Origin: a virus
Taxonomy: Duplodnaviria; Caudoviricetes
DNA length: 28,662 bases
Virus record (IMG/VR): IMGVR_UViG_3300044949_001262
Span: 1 to 28,662 of that record
Reading direction: 5' to 3' (one strand)
Of the stretch, positions 14,572-23,843 are shown one piece after another. Made by a program: the position numbers and the translations under genes. Position 1 is the first letter of the stretch. Every line of letters starts with the position of its first letter. Under the pieces are notes generated by a model that did not search any database, had not been told where the DNA came from, and saw only the letters and a program-made list of their open reading frames with translations.

Positions 14572-16578
14572 TTAGGCGGCGTTGCGGGTTTCGGTCGGCG
14601 GCAGGCTCGGCCCTGCGGCTTCGATTGAGACGTTGCGGATTTCCGGCCGGTTGGCCGTGGTTAGAAATTCCAGTTCGGCGTAGTGTGCCTTGGCGCGGAT
14701 CGGCTGCTTGAGCGTGTAGTCCTCTGCCAAGCCGGACGTGTTGGTCTGCCCCGGCACCAGCGTGATCGTAGCGTCGGGGTTGATCGTGATCGCCTTGACC
14801 GTGACCGAGCCGGTGTTGGGCAAGACGACATCGGCGAGGCTGCGGACGAAGCGTTTGGTGCTCATGCTGCCCATGCCATAGCGCCGCGTCACGATGCGGC
14901 CAGCGACCGGCGTGATGACGTTAGCCTGCACGTCGGGCGACTGGTCGCCTTCCTCGATCTCGTCGAGCAGCATGAGGCGTCCGGCCTTGTTGCTGACAAA
15001 GAGGCGGCGCTCGTTGGCGCGGGTGGCAACTACGAAGTCGTCCACACCGAAGCCATAAATGTCGCGGGTTTCCCACTGGTCGTTGAGCGCGTTGTAAAGG
15101 AAGACGCCGTTGTTGTTGTCGGCACCGGCCAGCGGGACGGCGAGGTAGTAGCGGTTGCTATACCAGAGGCCGACCGAGTTCTTGAGCAGGGTGGCGTTGA
15201 GGTCGTCGAGCTGGTTGGCGATGGGGTCGCTGAGGGGTTTGGTGTCGCCGCGGAGCTTCAAGTCAAGGCGGCTGTCGAGGCGGTAGACACCGGAGTCACT
15301 GAGGAAATAGACAAACTGCCCCGCCGTGGCGATGGAGCGGCGGGCCGCGCAGCCGACCTCGTCGGTGAGGAGCGTGAGCTTACTGAGCGCCGTGTCGATA
15401 GCCGTGCTGGCGCCGTCCACGCTGGCAAACTGGTTGACCTCCGCGAGCCAGATGGACTTGCGGCAGAAGACGAGGAAGCTGTTCTCCACCCACGGATGCA
15501 CCGCGACGACAAAGTCATTGGAACCAGCACCGGCGCGGAAGGACTGCCAGTAGGGATCGTAGGTATTGGCGTCCAAGATATCGCTGATGAGCACGTTGTT
15601 TTTGCCGTCCGGTAGGACGAGCCGGTTGTTGACGTAGGTGCCCCAAGGCGTCGAGCGCATGGTCTTGTAGGTGGCCGAGAGTCCGGTCGGCACGCCTGCG
15701 GGGCTGCGGACAAAAGCGGTCGTGACGCCGTCCCAGTAGAGCGGCGCCTTCACGCGGCGGATGGTGCGGCCGCTCGTCGTGGCGTCGGTCGCGGTGCCGG
15801 ACGGCACAGTGATGGTAAAGCTGTTGGTGGAGGACGTGGCGATGTCGTATTCCACGCCGTCAAAGGCAGCGACATTGCTCCCCTCGATGCGCACGCGGGC
15901 GCCGGCAGGGAATCCGTGGCCGGTCAGGTTGACGGTCGCCGTGGTGGACGCCACCGTGATGCCGCCGGTGGTCACGTTCTTGATGACCCAACCCGGGCGC
16001 GAGGCGTCGGCTTCGCGGAAGAGGTAGAGGCGGTCGTTGGCCTGCGTCATGGAAATGGTGTCGGTCGGCTCGATGACCTCGTCCGGTGATGTCGGGTAGC
16101 CCAGCTCCTGCGGCAAAACGCTGATGACGATGGTGTCGCCGTTCTCGTCCACGATCTCCTCTCCGGTGTCAGTGACCAGAAAGCCGCCCGCCCAGACACC
16201 GGCGAAGGATTGGTTGTCGTCCAAGAGAATGGTGTAAGCGCGGTCGCCGCCCGCCAGCACAACGATCTCCGCGCTCTGCACCTGATCCGGCGAGCGGTAG
16301 ACGCTGGCCGCAAAGATGCCGCCCGCGTAGGTGCTTTGCACGACCGGCGCGTTGGGCGCGGGGTTCAGCACAAAGGGAACCGTGAGCGGCGAGCTGGCCA
16401 CGCTGATCGCATCCGCCATGCGCTTGGCACCCTTGCGCGTCACCGCCACGCCACGATCAAGCCGCATGTTCTCCGAGAGCTGGAGCATGCCAGCGGGAAG
16501 CGCCACCGGATTGATGCGCGAGGCATAGCCTGCGAATCCGGCGTCACCGTCGCGGAGGATGGGGCTTTCTAGGGGCAT
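14572..16578 (-). CDS. Tail nozzle / stabilization protein (beta-propeller, tail tubular B or P22 gp10-like)
   Basis: 668 aa, beta-rich; VGCAARRSI...VYFLSDSGVY and PLSDPI motifs; inserted small beta domain TGHGFPAGARVRIEG. Confidence 0.78.
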   Translation of the reverse strand: MPLESPILRDGDAGFAGYASRINPVALPAGMLQLSENMRLDRGVAVTRKGAKRMADAISVASSPLTVPFVLNPAPNAPVVQSTYAGGIFAASVYRSPDQVQSAEIVVLAGGDRAYTILLDDNQSFAGVWAGGFLVTDTGEEIVDENGDTIVISVLPQELGYPTSPDEVIEPTDTISMTQANDRLYLFREADASRPGWVIKNVTTGGITVASTTATVNLTGHGFPAGARVRIEGSNVAAFDGVEYDIATSSTNSFTITVPSGTATDATTSGRTIRRVKAPLYWDGVTTAFVRSPAGVPTGLSATYKTMRSTPWGTYVNNRLVLPDGKNNVLISDILDANTYDPYWQSFRAGAGSNDFVVAVHPWVENSFLVFCRKSIWLAEVNQFASVDGASTAIDTALSKLTLLTDEVGCAARRSIATAGQFVYFLSDSGVYRLDSRLDLKLRGDTKPLSDPIANQLDDLNATLLKNSVGLWYSNRYYLAVPLAGADNNNGVFLYNALNDQWETRDIYGFGVDDFVVATRANERRLFVSNKAGRLMLLDEIEEGDQSPDVQANVITPVAGRIVTRRYGMGSMSTKRFVRSLADVVLPNTGSVTVKAITINPDATITLVPGQTNTSGLAEDYTLKQPIRAKAHYAELEFLTTANRPEIRNVSIEAAGPSLPPTETRNAA

Positions 16579-16585
16579 TTAGATG

Positions 16586-17347
16586 TTAGCCCTCATACAT
16601 GATGTTGACCGATCCTGCGTCGAATGTGTCAATGCCGTTGACGGTGGTTAGGCGGATGCGGTCGAGGACGCCTGATAGGGCTGGAGAAATCCCAGCACCG
16701 ACAAGGCTGTAGTGATTTCCGCCAATTGTTAGGTAGATGTTGTGAGAACCGCACCAAGTGTTTGACGAGACAAGCGTCAAAACAATGTGTCCGGTTAAGA
16801 CGTTGCCACCACCGGTAGATGCAAGAATAAATCCAGCCGTAGATCCATTTCCGGTGCCTGCGGTGGTTGTCGTTGTGTCCCTGCTTCCACATGAGTAGCC
16901 AGACGATTGTATGCTTCCATCGCCTATTTGAATTAGCGGACTGGTGCTGCCATTCGTGCTAACTCCATTCAACATCACCGTAATCCGCTTCACCCAAGAC
17001 GGAATGCCGGTGAAGTCGATGCTGGTGCCGCTGGTGGTGGCTTGAGCGGTGGCCAAGGTAAGTGGGCGAGCCAGCGTAGTGACGCCGGTATTACCCACCG
17101 TCACATCCCCAGTCAGCTCCGTGGCGGTCGGCACGTTGCTCGCGTTGCCGAGGAGGACGCGGCCTGCGGTGATGTTGGCCAGCTTGGTGTGGGCGATGGC
17201 CGCCGCCGCATCAATGTCCGCATTGATCAGCCCGCCGCGCACTACAGATGCAGCGACACGCTTGGTCAGTCCGCTCTGCTCGATGACGAACTCGTCGCCG
17301 GATGCGAGGGTGGTGGCTTGTGTTAGTTGTCCGATTGTTTTGGCCAT
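16586..17347 (-). CDS. Tail fibre-like protein
   Basis: N-terminal KTIGQLTQATTL..GDEF anchor; INADIDAAAAIAHTKL and LTGDVT shaft motifs; C-terminal globular domain TSGTSIDFTGIPSW...FDAGSVNIMYEG. Confidence 0.75.
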   Translation of the reverse strand: MAKTIGQLTQATTLASGDEFVIEQSGLTKRVAASVVRGGLINADIDAAAAIAHTKLANITAGRVLLGNASNVPTATELTGDVTVGNTGVTTLARPLTLATAQATTSGTSIDFTGIPSWVKRITVMLNGVSTNGSTSPLIQIGDGSIQSSGYSCGSRDTTTTTAGTGNGSTAGFILASTGGGNVLTGHIVLTLVSSNTWCGSHNIYLTIGGNHYSLVGAGISPALSGVLDRIRLTTVNGIDTFDAGSVNIMYEG

Positions 17348-17356
17348 AGTCGTTGA

Positions 17357-17941
17357 TTAGTTAAGTGCTGCCTTGAGTCTGCTTTTGAACCGCGCTGCGT
17401 CGGCGGGGCTGATGTCGTTCTTGCGGTTGGGGGCGATTTGCTGGTGAGTTACGATGCGGGACATGGGGATGTGCCAGCGCTTCATGCGGGGCACGATGTA
17501 TTGGATGGCGCTGTCCATTGCTGCTTCACCAAGTGGGTCTTCGTATGTATTGCCGTCCCACGCCACGCCGAGGGAATAGCTGTTGCAGTCCGGCACACCT
17601 TGCCAGCTCGACAGACCGGCGTGCCAGCAGCGGGCCGTGTCGTCGGCGAGGACGGTGCGGTTGCCGTTGCGGGCGATGATAACGTGGTAGGACACTTTGC
17701 TCTCAGGGTTCATGCACCAGCTCACGCTGCCGTTGTAGCTACCGCTGGTATGGTGCAACACGATCATGGTCGGTGTGATGGGTCTGCCGCTTTTGTTCGG
17801 GGTGTTGAGACGGCGCTCGTCGTAGGCTTTGCTCGCGGCGGGTGTGGAGACGGTTGTGGATACGGATGGCAAGTTCGGCGAGGCTGGCGCTGGGCCAGTC
17901 GCGGACGGCTTTCCAAATAGTCTCTTGATCCACTTCCACAT
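17357..17941 (-). CDS. Endolysin, N-acetylmuramoyl-L-alanine amidase (Amidase_2-like)
   Basis: IVLHHT, SYHVII, CWHAG, NSYSLGV and THQQIAPNRKND zinc-amidase motifs. Confidence 0.92.
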   Translation of the reverse strand: MWKWIKRLFGKPSATGPAPASPNLPSVSTTVSTPAASKAYDERRLNTPNKSGRPITPTMIVLHHTSGSYNGSVSWCMNPESKVSYHVIIARNGNRTVLADDTARCWHAGLSSWQGVPDCNSYSLGVAWDGNTYEDPLGEAAMDSAIQYIVPRMKRWHIPMSRIVTHQQIAPNRKNDISPADAARFKSRLKAALN

Positions 17942-17943
17942 GG

Positions 17944-18099
17944 TTACTTCGCGTGGCCTTTAGGCGGTGGGTTGACGGTGACGGTGGCCTGCTGCTTCAT
18001 GAAGTCATAGCCGACCGTTACGCAGCCAGCCGCAGCGACAGCCCAGCTCGCGGCGAGGATCGCAACTGCAATGGCTTTTGTGGCGCGGGCGTGGCTCAT
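17944..18099 (-). CDS. Small lipoprotein, spanin candidate (51 aa)
   Basis: MSHARATKAIAVAILAASWAVAAAG-CVTVGYDFMKQQATVTVNPPPKGHAK, with lipobox AAGC, inside the lysis cassette. Below the ORF-track cutoff. Confidence 0.65.
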   Translation of the reverse strand: MSHARATKAIAVAILAASWAVAAAGCVTVGYDFMKQQATVTVNPPPKGHAK

Positions 18100-18103
18100 G
18101 GAG

Positions 18104-18277
18104 TCAGAGGCGGGCGTTGTGGTCTTTCGCCATCAGCAATCCCCATCCGGCCAATAGACTTGCGCCGACGAGGCCGAGGTCAGGGATTGTGCCGCTGGCC
18201 AGAAATTCGCGTCCGGCCGTGGACAAGCTGGCGATGATAGTGAGTGCTCCGAGCAGGTTCGTTTTCCAGTTTCTCAT
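18104..18277 (-). CDS. Holin-like membrane protein (57 aa)
   Basis: MRNWKTNLLGALTIIASL...LGLVGASLLAGWGLLMAKD; two hydrophobic segments with NWKT...AKD termini. Confidence 0.72.
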   Translation of the reverse strand: MRNWKTNLLGALTIIASLSTAGREFLASGTIPDLGLVGASLLAGWGLLMAKDHNARL

Positions 18278-18278
18278 A

Positions 18279-18485
18279 TTATTTCAGTTCCTTCCGTTTC
18301 TTTTGAATGTCGTGCAGGACGCTCACAAGAGTCGCCAAGCCGACCAAAATACCGATGCAAAGACCTGCAACACGCAGGGTTGTTTCAAGGTGTGGCAACA
18401 TAGAAAAGACAGACGAGCCAATGGATGTGACGGTGCCGACAACACCCTTCTCGGTCGTCGTCATGTGATAGTGCCACGAGGTCAT
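18279..18485 (-). CDS. Holin-like membrane protein
   Basis: ATGA overlap with the upstream gene; hydrophobic LRVAGLCIGILVGLATLVSVL segment and basic C-terminal tail. Confidence 0.65.
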   Translation of the reverse strand: MTSWHYHMTTTEKGVVGTVTSIGSSVFSMLPHLETTLRVAGLCIGILVGLATLVSVLHDIQKKRKELK

Positions 18486-18757
18486 AGCCACACCCTCCGC
18501 TGCTGTGTCGGCGTGACGCTGTAGTCCGCTGCCGGATTGGGCCGGTCGTCAGTCACGCGCAGGTTGAGGTGCCAGCCGTCGAGCGGCGTGCTGACCGGAT
18601 TCTCAGGGTCGGTCATGTCGGTGTCCACCAGCACGCCTACCGGATCAAGGGCAAAGCCGGTGCCGCTGGTTTGCCATCCGGTCTCGGCATCGTAGTAATC
18701 GGCCAGCGCGGTTTGGGCCGTGGCCTCGTCGGGGAACTTATAAAGGTAGTCTTGCAT
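18482..18757 (-). CDS. Fibre-associated small protein
   Basis: YLYKFPDE...GWHLNLR...VTPTQQRRVW; follows the lectin-like fibre gene. Confidence 0.7.
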   Translation of the reverse strand: MQDYLYKFPDEATAQTALADYYDAETGWQTSGTGFALDPVGVLVDTDMTDPENPVSTPLDGWHLNLRVTDDRPNPAADYSVTPTQQRRVWL

Positions 18758-18786
18758 ATCAGGCGGTTTTAGGGCTTAATTGCGGC

Positions 18787-19080
18787 ATGGATAAATGTGC
18801 CCGTTGTTCCTGTGAAATTCCCTCCGGCGGCGTTGGCTGGCATGTGTGCTTCGACCCTTGCCATGAGCGCAACATCTGGGGCGGCGACACCTTTGAGACC
18901 CGCGCCTACCTGTGTTCCGAATGCGGCGAGGCCATGTCCCGTGAGGCAGGCTTTCAGCCAGAACCCGAAGATGTAAGGGTAAGCGTTCATCAAATGTTTG
19001 CCGAAGCGCCGTGCGAGACCGTGGAGGACGCGGAAGATCCGGCTATTGTTGAGCGTATTGAGCGCATATTAAGTCGTTAG
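18787..19080 (+). CDS. Antisense-oriented Cys-rich (zinc-ribbon-like) protein
   Basis: CARC...CSEC pairs; fills an otherwise unexplained 310-bp gap in a tightly packed operon. Confidence 0.6.
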   Translation: MDKCARCSCEIPSGGVGWHVCFDPCHERNIWGGDTFETRAYLCSECGEAMSREAGFQPEPEDVRVSVHQMFAEAPCETVEDAEDPAIVERIERILSR

Positions 19081-20400
19081 CTGCTCCAGCAGCGTGTTGG
19101 ACAAGCGTTTCGGCCAGTAGGCGATCTTGCGGATGTGGCCGTTGAGGAAAAATTGAGCCGTGCTTCCGGCCAAGCATCCAATGCCCAACCTGTCTAACGA
19201 GGTCGGCAAGGAGCCAGATGTGTCGGGGGTTCCGAGTGTTCCATTCTGCGCGAGGTGGAAGTCGTCCGTTTTGTAAGCGCCACCCATTCGGTAGGTTGTA
19301 TTGGCGGCGTTGCCAGTGACGCTAATTAACGCCTGCGATGTGGCGTTGTTTACTGACAGTCGATGCGTGGTCGTCGGGGCGGTTGCGTTTGTTTCCAGCA
19401 GGATATACTTGTTTGTGTCAGCAGCCTCTACGAATCCCGCAAACTTGCTGTTGCTCGTTGTTTGATACCTGCTCGCCTCCGCAAACAAAGTCCCCTCCGC
19501 TTGATTATAAAACGAAGAGATCGGCGTGACGACCGCACTGTCCGCGGCGCGGGTGGCGGCGGCACTGGTCGTCGGGATGTAGCTGGTGGCGAAGGCGCCT
19601 TGCTCAAGCTGCGGGGCGGCTATGCGGAGGGTTAGGTCGATGGGGTCGCCGTTGAATACGCTTAAATTCAAAATAACAAGAACACGCTCTACGGTGGCGT
19701 CTGACATGGTCCTGCTTAATGACACGCGCTGGGTCGAAAGTGCGCTGCCAGTAGGAGAGATGGCGGCAGTTGATGCTTGTCCGGCAATCACTCCTCCGGC
19801 TGCGTCTCGGCCTGACAAATTGTGCTGTAATGTTATATTGGAAGTTGTTCCAGCAACTACCTTTAGATGCATAGAGCTTGTCCACGACTGCCCATTTGCC
19901 GCGACAACTTGGCTAACTGTATCGAACCTCAATCCAGAAGTTCCGCTTGCGGTCGGAGTGCCGCTGATTTTCAAATCAAGGTAGGCAAGCCCTGCCTCTG
20001 TGCCAGTGCCGATAATTTCGGTGCTTACTCCGTTTGACGTTACTGCGGTGCCAACGCCCCAGTTCGTCGGCAAAGCCCCACCACTCCCGATCACCCCATT
20101 GGTCGAACCACCAGCCTGCGAGTTGCGGATGCTGTTGGTTCTGGATTCCTCGATGAGAAGCCCAAGCGAATTTCCGTTGGCCGGATCGTGGTCGAATCGC
20201 GGGACGTTATTGCTCGCGGTTTGCAAGACGCCATCAGCATCAAAGAAAGTCGCATTGCTTGCCCGCGTGAACGTGATGGCGGGGCCGGTGGCATGATCTA
20301 GCGTCTTGAACTGCGCGAAGTCACGCTGGAACGTGGGCAAATCAAGGAGGTAGAACAGCTCCGTGTTGCGCAGCAGACCTCCTGAGAATCCTTGGATCAT
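19069..20400 (-). CDS. Fibre/spike protein with ConA/LamG-like C-terminal domain
   Basis: Start MIQGF at 20400 (ATGA overlap). TFTRASNAT, PRFDHDP..GLLIEESRTN, QLEQGAFATSYIPT..TRAAD and LNGHIRKIAYWPKRLSN motifs. Confidence 0.82.
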   Translation of the reverse strand: MIQGFSGGLLRNTELFYLLDLPTFQRDFAQFKTLDHATGPAITFTRASNATFFDADGVLQTASNNVPRFDHDPANGNSLGLLIEESRTNSIRNSQAGGSTNGVIGSGGALPTNWGVGTAVTSNGVSTEIIGTGTEAGLAYLDLKISGTPTASGTSGLRFDTVSQVVAANGQSWTSSMHLKVVAGTTSNITLQHNLSGRDAAGGVIAGQASTAAISPTGSALSTQRVSLSRTMSDATVERVLVILNLSVFNGDPIDLTLRIAAPQLEQGAFATSYIPTTSAAATRAADSAVVTPISSFYNQAEGTLFAEASRYQTTSNSKFAGFVEAADTNKYILLETNATAPTTTHRLSVNNATSQALISVTGNAANTTYRMGGAYKTDDFHLAQNGTLGTPDTSGSLPTSLDRLGIGCLAGSTAQFFLNGHIRKIAYWPKRLSNTLLEQLTT

Positions 20401-20654
20401 TTGTTGTAGGCGATGACGCTGCCGCTGTGCAGCTGGAGCGCGGTGAAGAAGCCGAAGATGGTCAAGCCCGCGGGCACCTCGATGGCGCTGCCGAGGGCGG
20501 TGTTGGCCAAGCCGCTGACGTTGCCGGTGAGGGTGTGGAATTTCGTGTCGGTGACAGCTTGGATGGCGGACCACTCGCCGTTGGTGGGCGATGTGCCGCC
20601 GATGTATTGAGCGCCGGAAAGGCTGTTGGTGATGCGTGCGTTGGGATGTGCCAT
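20397..20654 (-). CDS. Small beta-rich virion protein
   Basis: Start MAHPN at 20654; ends LHSGSVIAYNK; coupled to the fibre gene. Confidence 0.7.
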   Translation of the reverse strand: MAHPNARITNSLSGAQYIGGTSPTNGEWSAIQAVTDTKFHTLTGNVSGLANTALGSAIEVPAGLTIFGFFTALQLHSGSVIAYNK

Positions 20655-20659
20655 AGGAT

Positions 20660-21277
20660 TTAGTATTGGTTGACGCGGGCGGTCCACATGCTGGGCTGCC
20701 CTTGTTGGAAATAGTATTTGTCGCGCTGCGAGATCAGCTCGGACTCGGCGAGTTGCTCCATGGCCAGCGCCTTGTCGAGCTGGCCGTCTTCGGTGAGGAG
20801 GTCGGAAGTCAGCATGAGCGCGACTGCTTTTGCGATGACGGCGGGTACGGTCGCGGTGAGGTTGCTTGCGCTGTATTCGGTCGGGCGGATGCGGTAGTTG
20901 ACCCAGACGGTCGTGGGCAAATCGGTGCTCTGCGGAAAGCGGACGTTGTCGCCGAGGAGGGTGTAGCCGATGGCGCGGGGGGCAACGTGGGTTGCGGGGT
21001 TGTCGCGGAGGACGGAAAATACCTCTCCCATCACTTGCTGGCCCACCTGCTCGTAAGGAATGAAGTAGCCGGTCGTGTCGTTGCCTTCGACGGTGCGTTC
21101 TTCGACGCGCATAAGCTCAGGCCAGTCGGCCCACTCCCAGCAGTCGGCGATGCGCTCGTTGGCGGCGGCGACCATCATGGTTCTTGCGCCGGATGGGATG
21201 TTAGAAATATCCGAGCCGTCGTTACCTGCGCGCTGCCACGCTCGGAGCAATATAGATTGTAAAGTTACAGTCCTCAT
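20660..21277 (-). CDS. Head-tail adaptor / tail tubular protein A-like
   Basis: 205 aa with helix-beta-helix layout (ANERIADCWEWADWPEL ... VPAVIAKAVAL..SDLLTEDGQ), downstream of the portal. Confidence 0.65.
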   Translation of the reverse strand: MRTVTLQSILLRAWQRAGNDGSDISNIPSGARTMMVAAANERIADCWEWADWPELMRVEERTVEGNDTTGYFIPYEQVGQQVMGEVFSVLRDNPATHVAPRAIGYTLLGDNVRFPQSTDLPTTVWVNYRIRPTEYSASNLTATVPAVIAKAVALMLTSDLLTEDGQLDKALAMEQLAESELISQRDKYYFQQGQPSMWTARVNQY

Positions 21278-21804
21278 TGTGCGCTTAGATCGGTGACTGC
21301 CTCAGCCGAAGCCTCCTCAAAGCTCGCCTGCGGCTGGCCGAAAGACTCCGCTGGTGCGGGTGTCGGGGATGCGGCCCAGCCAAGCATCACGGACTCCAGC
21401 CATGTCTTGCAGGCGGTCATCTTCGCACCGAGGGGCTTGCCTGCTTGGAGCAAGGCCATCTCCAAGCGTTGCAGGGCGGCGATTTGGTAGGCCGAGAAAT
21501 ACTTGGCGACCACTTGCTCTGCCGTGAAAGTCTCAACGAAAGGCACAGGCGGCGGCGGAATCACATACGCTTCATCCACAGGCAGCGCGGCCTCGATGGC
21601 GGCTTTGACCGTGGCCTCGTCCAACGTGTCGAGTTCGGGGCCGTCCGCTTCCCACAGCGTGAGCTTGGTCGGCCAACCATGCTCGCGCACTTCGATCTTG
21701 CCGCTCTCGTCGCGGGTTATTTGGTAGCTCAAGCCGTGCCATGTCTTGCCGTCGATCTGGCGCGGCTGGTCGAGGAGGACTGTGTAGATTTCTTCGGTGT
21801 TCAT
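21274..21804 (-). CDS. Hypothetical protein, possible fibre chaperone
   Basis: Start MNTEE at 21804, 1 nt after the fibre stop; ATGA overlap downstream. Confidence 0.65.
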   Translation of the reverse strand: MNTEEIYTVLLDQPRQIDGKTWHGLSYQITRDESGKIEVREHGWPTKLTLWEADGPELDTLDEATVKAAIEAALPVDEAYVIPPPPVPFVETFTAEQVVAKYFSAYQIAALQRLEMALLQAGKPLGAKMTACKTWLESVMLGWAASPTPAPAESFGQPQASFEEASAEAVTDLSAQ

Positions 21805-21805
21805 A

Positions 21806-23836
21806 TTAAGCAACCACTCGGTAAATCGCGCACACACGCCAGTTGACCGTCTCGGAGGCAGCGCCAGTTACGCGCACGCGCAGGGATTCCACGGAGGCCG
21901 TATCGTCGGCGTCGATAGTAAATGTCCAAGTCGGAGAGCCTTCGCTCTGGTCGGTTTCGATGGTCTGCACACCGCCAATCAGTGCCGTGTTGTTTGATCC
22001 ATCGCGGCGGATGGCAACCCAGCGGCGGGCCGCTAGGAACTTGGTGTTGTCCGTGCGGCGGGCGATTACGAATATGTCGGCAATGACGGCAGTGTTTGCC
22101 GCGATGACCATTCGGTTCGTCGCCGTGGCGTCCAAGTTGAGTTCGACATTCGCCGTCCCGTCCGTGGTTTGCCCGCCCCAATAGACCGCGTTGAACGGCA
22201 ACGTGGCAAACTGTGCGCGAAGGTCTGCGGCAGCAAGCGTTCCGACAGCAGATGAATTAACGCCAGATGCAGTCGCATTGAAACCAATAGCCATGCTGCT
22301 CGCCTGACTTGAGCTTGCGCCTCGACCAAGCGCGCAAGAATCGTTGCCCGCCGCGCCCGAATCTCGACCTATTGCAATTCCATTGTTTCCAGTGACCGCC
22401 GCCGTAGAACCAATGGCAACCGCTTGGCCGTTGCCAGCCCTTGAGTTGTTGCCAATAGCAACAGAATTAGCGCCAGAGGCCACTGAAGTTGCCGCTGATC
22501 TTGAGCCTTGTAAATTTACGGCATCACTTCCCAGCGCTGTAGTAGTCGGAGCCAGCCCGACATACATTGCCCCGCTGGGCCGCGAGAGCGGGTTGGCGTA
22601 GACCAACTTGCCCGCCGAATCGTTCCACTTGATGAAGGGGTCTGCGGAGTCGATGGTGCCGCCGTCATCGGCGACGAGGTCGGAGCCAGAGACGGAGAGG
22701 ACATCGGCGGTGGATGCGCCGACTGCGGAGATGCCGCCCGATGACGTAGCCGAAAGCTCCCCCGCTGACAGACTCAAGCCCGAGCCGATTTGGATTTCCT
22801 CGATGGCTCCCGTGCTCACGGTCGTGCGGCCAAGTATTCTTGCGGTGGCTTGGGTGAGGCCGCTGGTGGTGATGGAGCCAGAGGCGGCGAAGGCTGTGGT
22901 GTCTTCTACGGCTGCGTCTCCGAGTCCGAGGTTGTCGCGGGTGGTGGCGGCGTTGGTGGCGGCGTCTTCGCCTGCGAAAGCTATGGGAACCGCGAATGAC
23001 GCATCTGAGTCTGAAACTGTTACAGTTTCGGTCAGATTGTTTATTAAGCGATGAACGCCATCGTCAAACTGTAGCTGGGTGTTTTCCGTGGAATCAGCAA
23101 AGGCCGCGCAAGTTACCACAACTGTTGTAACTTCATTGAACGTCACATCGTCCGCTTCATTCAACGACTGATCAAAAAGCTCATCAGCGCCATCGGGGAG
23201 GTGACTTGCGGCGTGCAAATTCGGGTCGCGGTCATCCGAAAGCCGCGCATCATTCCCCTCGCAAAAGCTCCCTGCCACGTTAGAAAATGAACCCGCCTCG
23301 ATGATGCCGTTTGTGCCTGTTTTGAGCGGGAGGTTGGCGGTGGTGCCGATTTTGCCGTCGTTGGTTAGGTTGCCGTGGGTGTGGGAGCTTGGTGTCCGAG
23401 AGTCGCCCGCGTCGTCCAGCGTGATGTTTTTGTTTGGGACGGTGATTACGCGGGTTTGGTTTGCGCCGACTTGGGCGCCGACATCGAATTTGGCCGCTTT
23501 GGTCGGATCGGTGTTGTCAAAGATCAAGAACGCATCGTCCGACATGACATCGTGGAAACTGGTGTCAGTTAGCTTGTAATCGTTGTCGCGGCTGGAGCCG
23601 ACAGTGGCCGTGCGAATATAGATGCCGCTCTGTTTGTAGGAGCTGAAGGGCCATGTTCCCGAGTTTGTGCGCACCAGCCAGCGGGAGTTGAGAGCGGCGG
23701 TGCCGTCAAGCGGGAGATCCGCATAGGTTGCCACTTCGCCAGCAAAGAACGCGCTTCCTCCGGCGCCTCCGGTCGTAAAGCCAACGCCGGAGGTGAAGTC
23801 GAAGTTGCCTGTAAATGGATTAAAGCGAAGTCCCAT
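21806..23836 (-). CDS. Fibre protein with YadA-head-like repeats
   Basis: Start MGLRFNPFTGNFDF at 23836. 14-aa periodic SVAIG/AVAIG/GIAIG/SCALG/SMAIG/SSAVG repeats; DSRTPSSHTHG, DARLSDDR and HAASH fibre motifs. Confidence 0.82.
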   Translation of the reverse strand: MGLRFNPFTGNFDFTSGVGFTTGGAGGSAFFAGEVATYADLPLDGTAALNSRWLVRTNSGTWPFSSYKQSGIYIRTATVGSSRDNDYKLTDTSFHDVMSDDAFLIFDNTDPTKAAKFDVGAQVGANQTRVITVPNKNITLDDAGDSRTPSSHTHGNLTNDGKIGTTANLPLKTGTNGIIEAGSFSNVAGSFCEGNDARLSDDRDPNLHAASHLPDGADELFDQSLNEADDVTFNEVTTVVVTCAAFADSTENTQLQFDDGVHRLINNLTETVTVSDSDASFAVPIAFAGEDAATNAATTRDNLGLGDAAVEDTTAFAASGSITTSGLTQATARILGRTTVSTGAIEEIQIGSGLSLSAGELSATSSGGISAVGASTADVLSVSGSDLVADDGGTIDSADPFIKWNDSAGKLVYANPLSRPSGAMYVGLAPTTTALGSDAVNLQGSRSAATSVASGANSVAIGNNSRAGNGQAVAIGSTAAVTGNNGIAIGRDSGAAGNDSCALGRGASSSQASSMAIGFNATASGVNSSAVGTLAAADLRAQFATLPFNAVYWGGQTTDGTANVELNLDATATNRMVIAANTAVIADIFVIARRTDNTKFLAARRWVAIRRDGSNNTALIGGVQTIETDQSEGSPTWTFTIDADDTASVESLRVRVTGAASETVNWRVCAIYRVVA

Positions 23837-23843
23837 TGAAAAA

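Noticed and set aside
20401-20574. N-terminal extension of the LamG-like fibre in the ORF track
   Set aside because: Overlaps the 20397-20654 gene; the ATGA-coupled start at 20400 fits better.
13903-23836. Diversity-generating retroelement or invertase-driven fibre switching
   Set aside because: No reverse transcriptase, no template/variable repeat pair and no inverted fibre cassettes were seen by eye.
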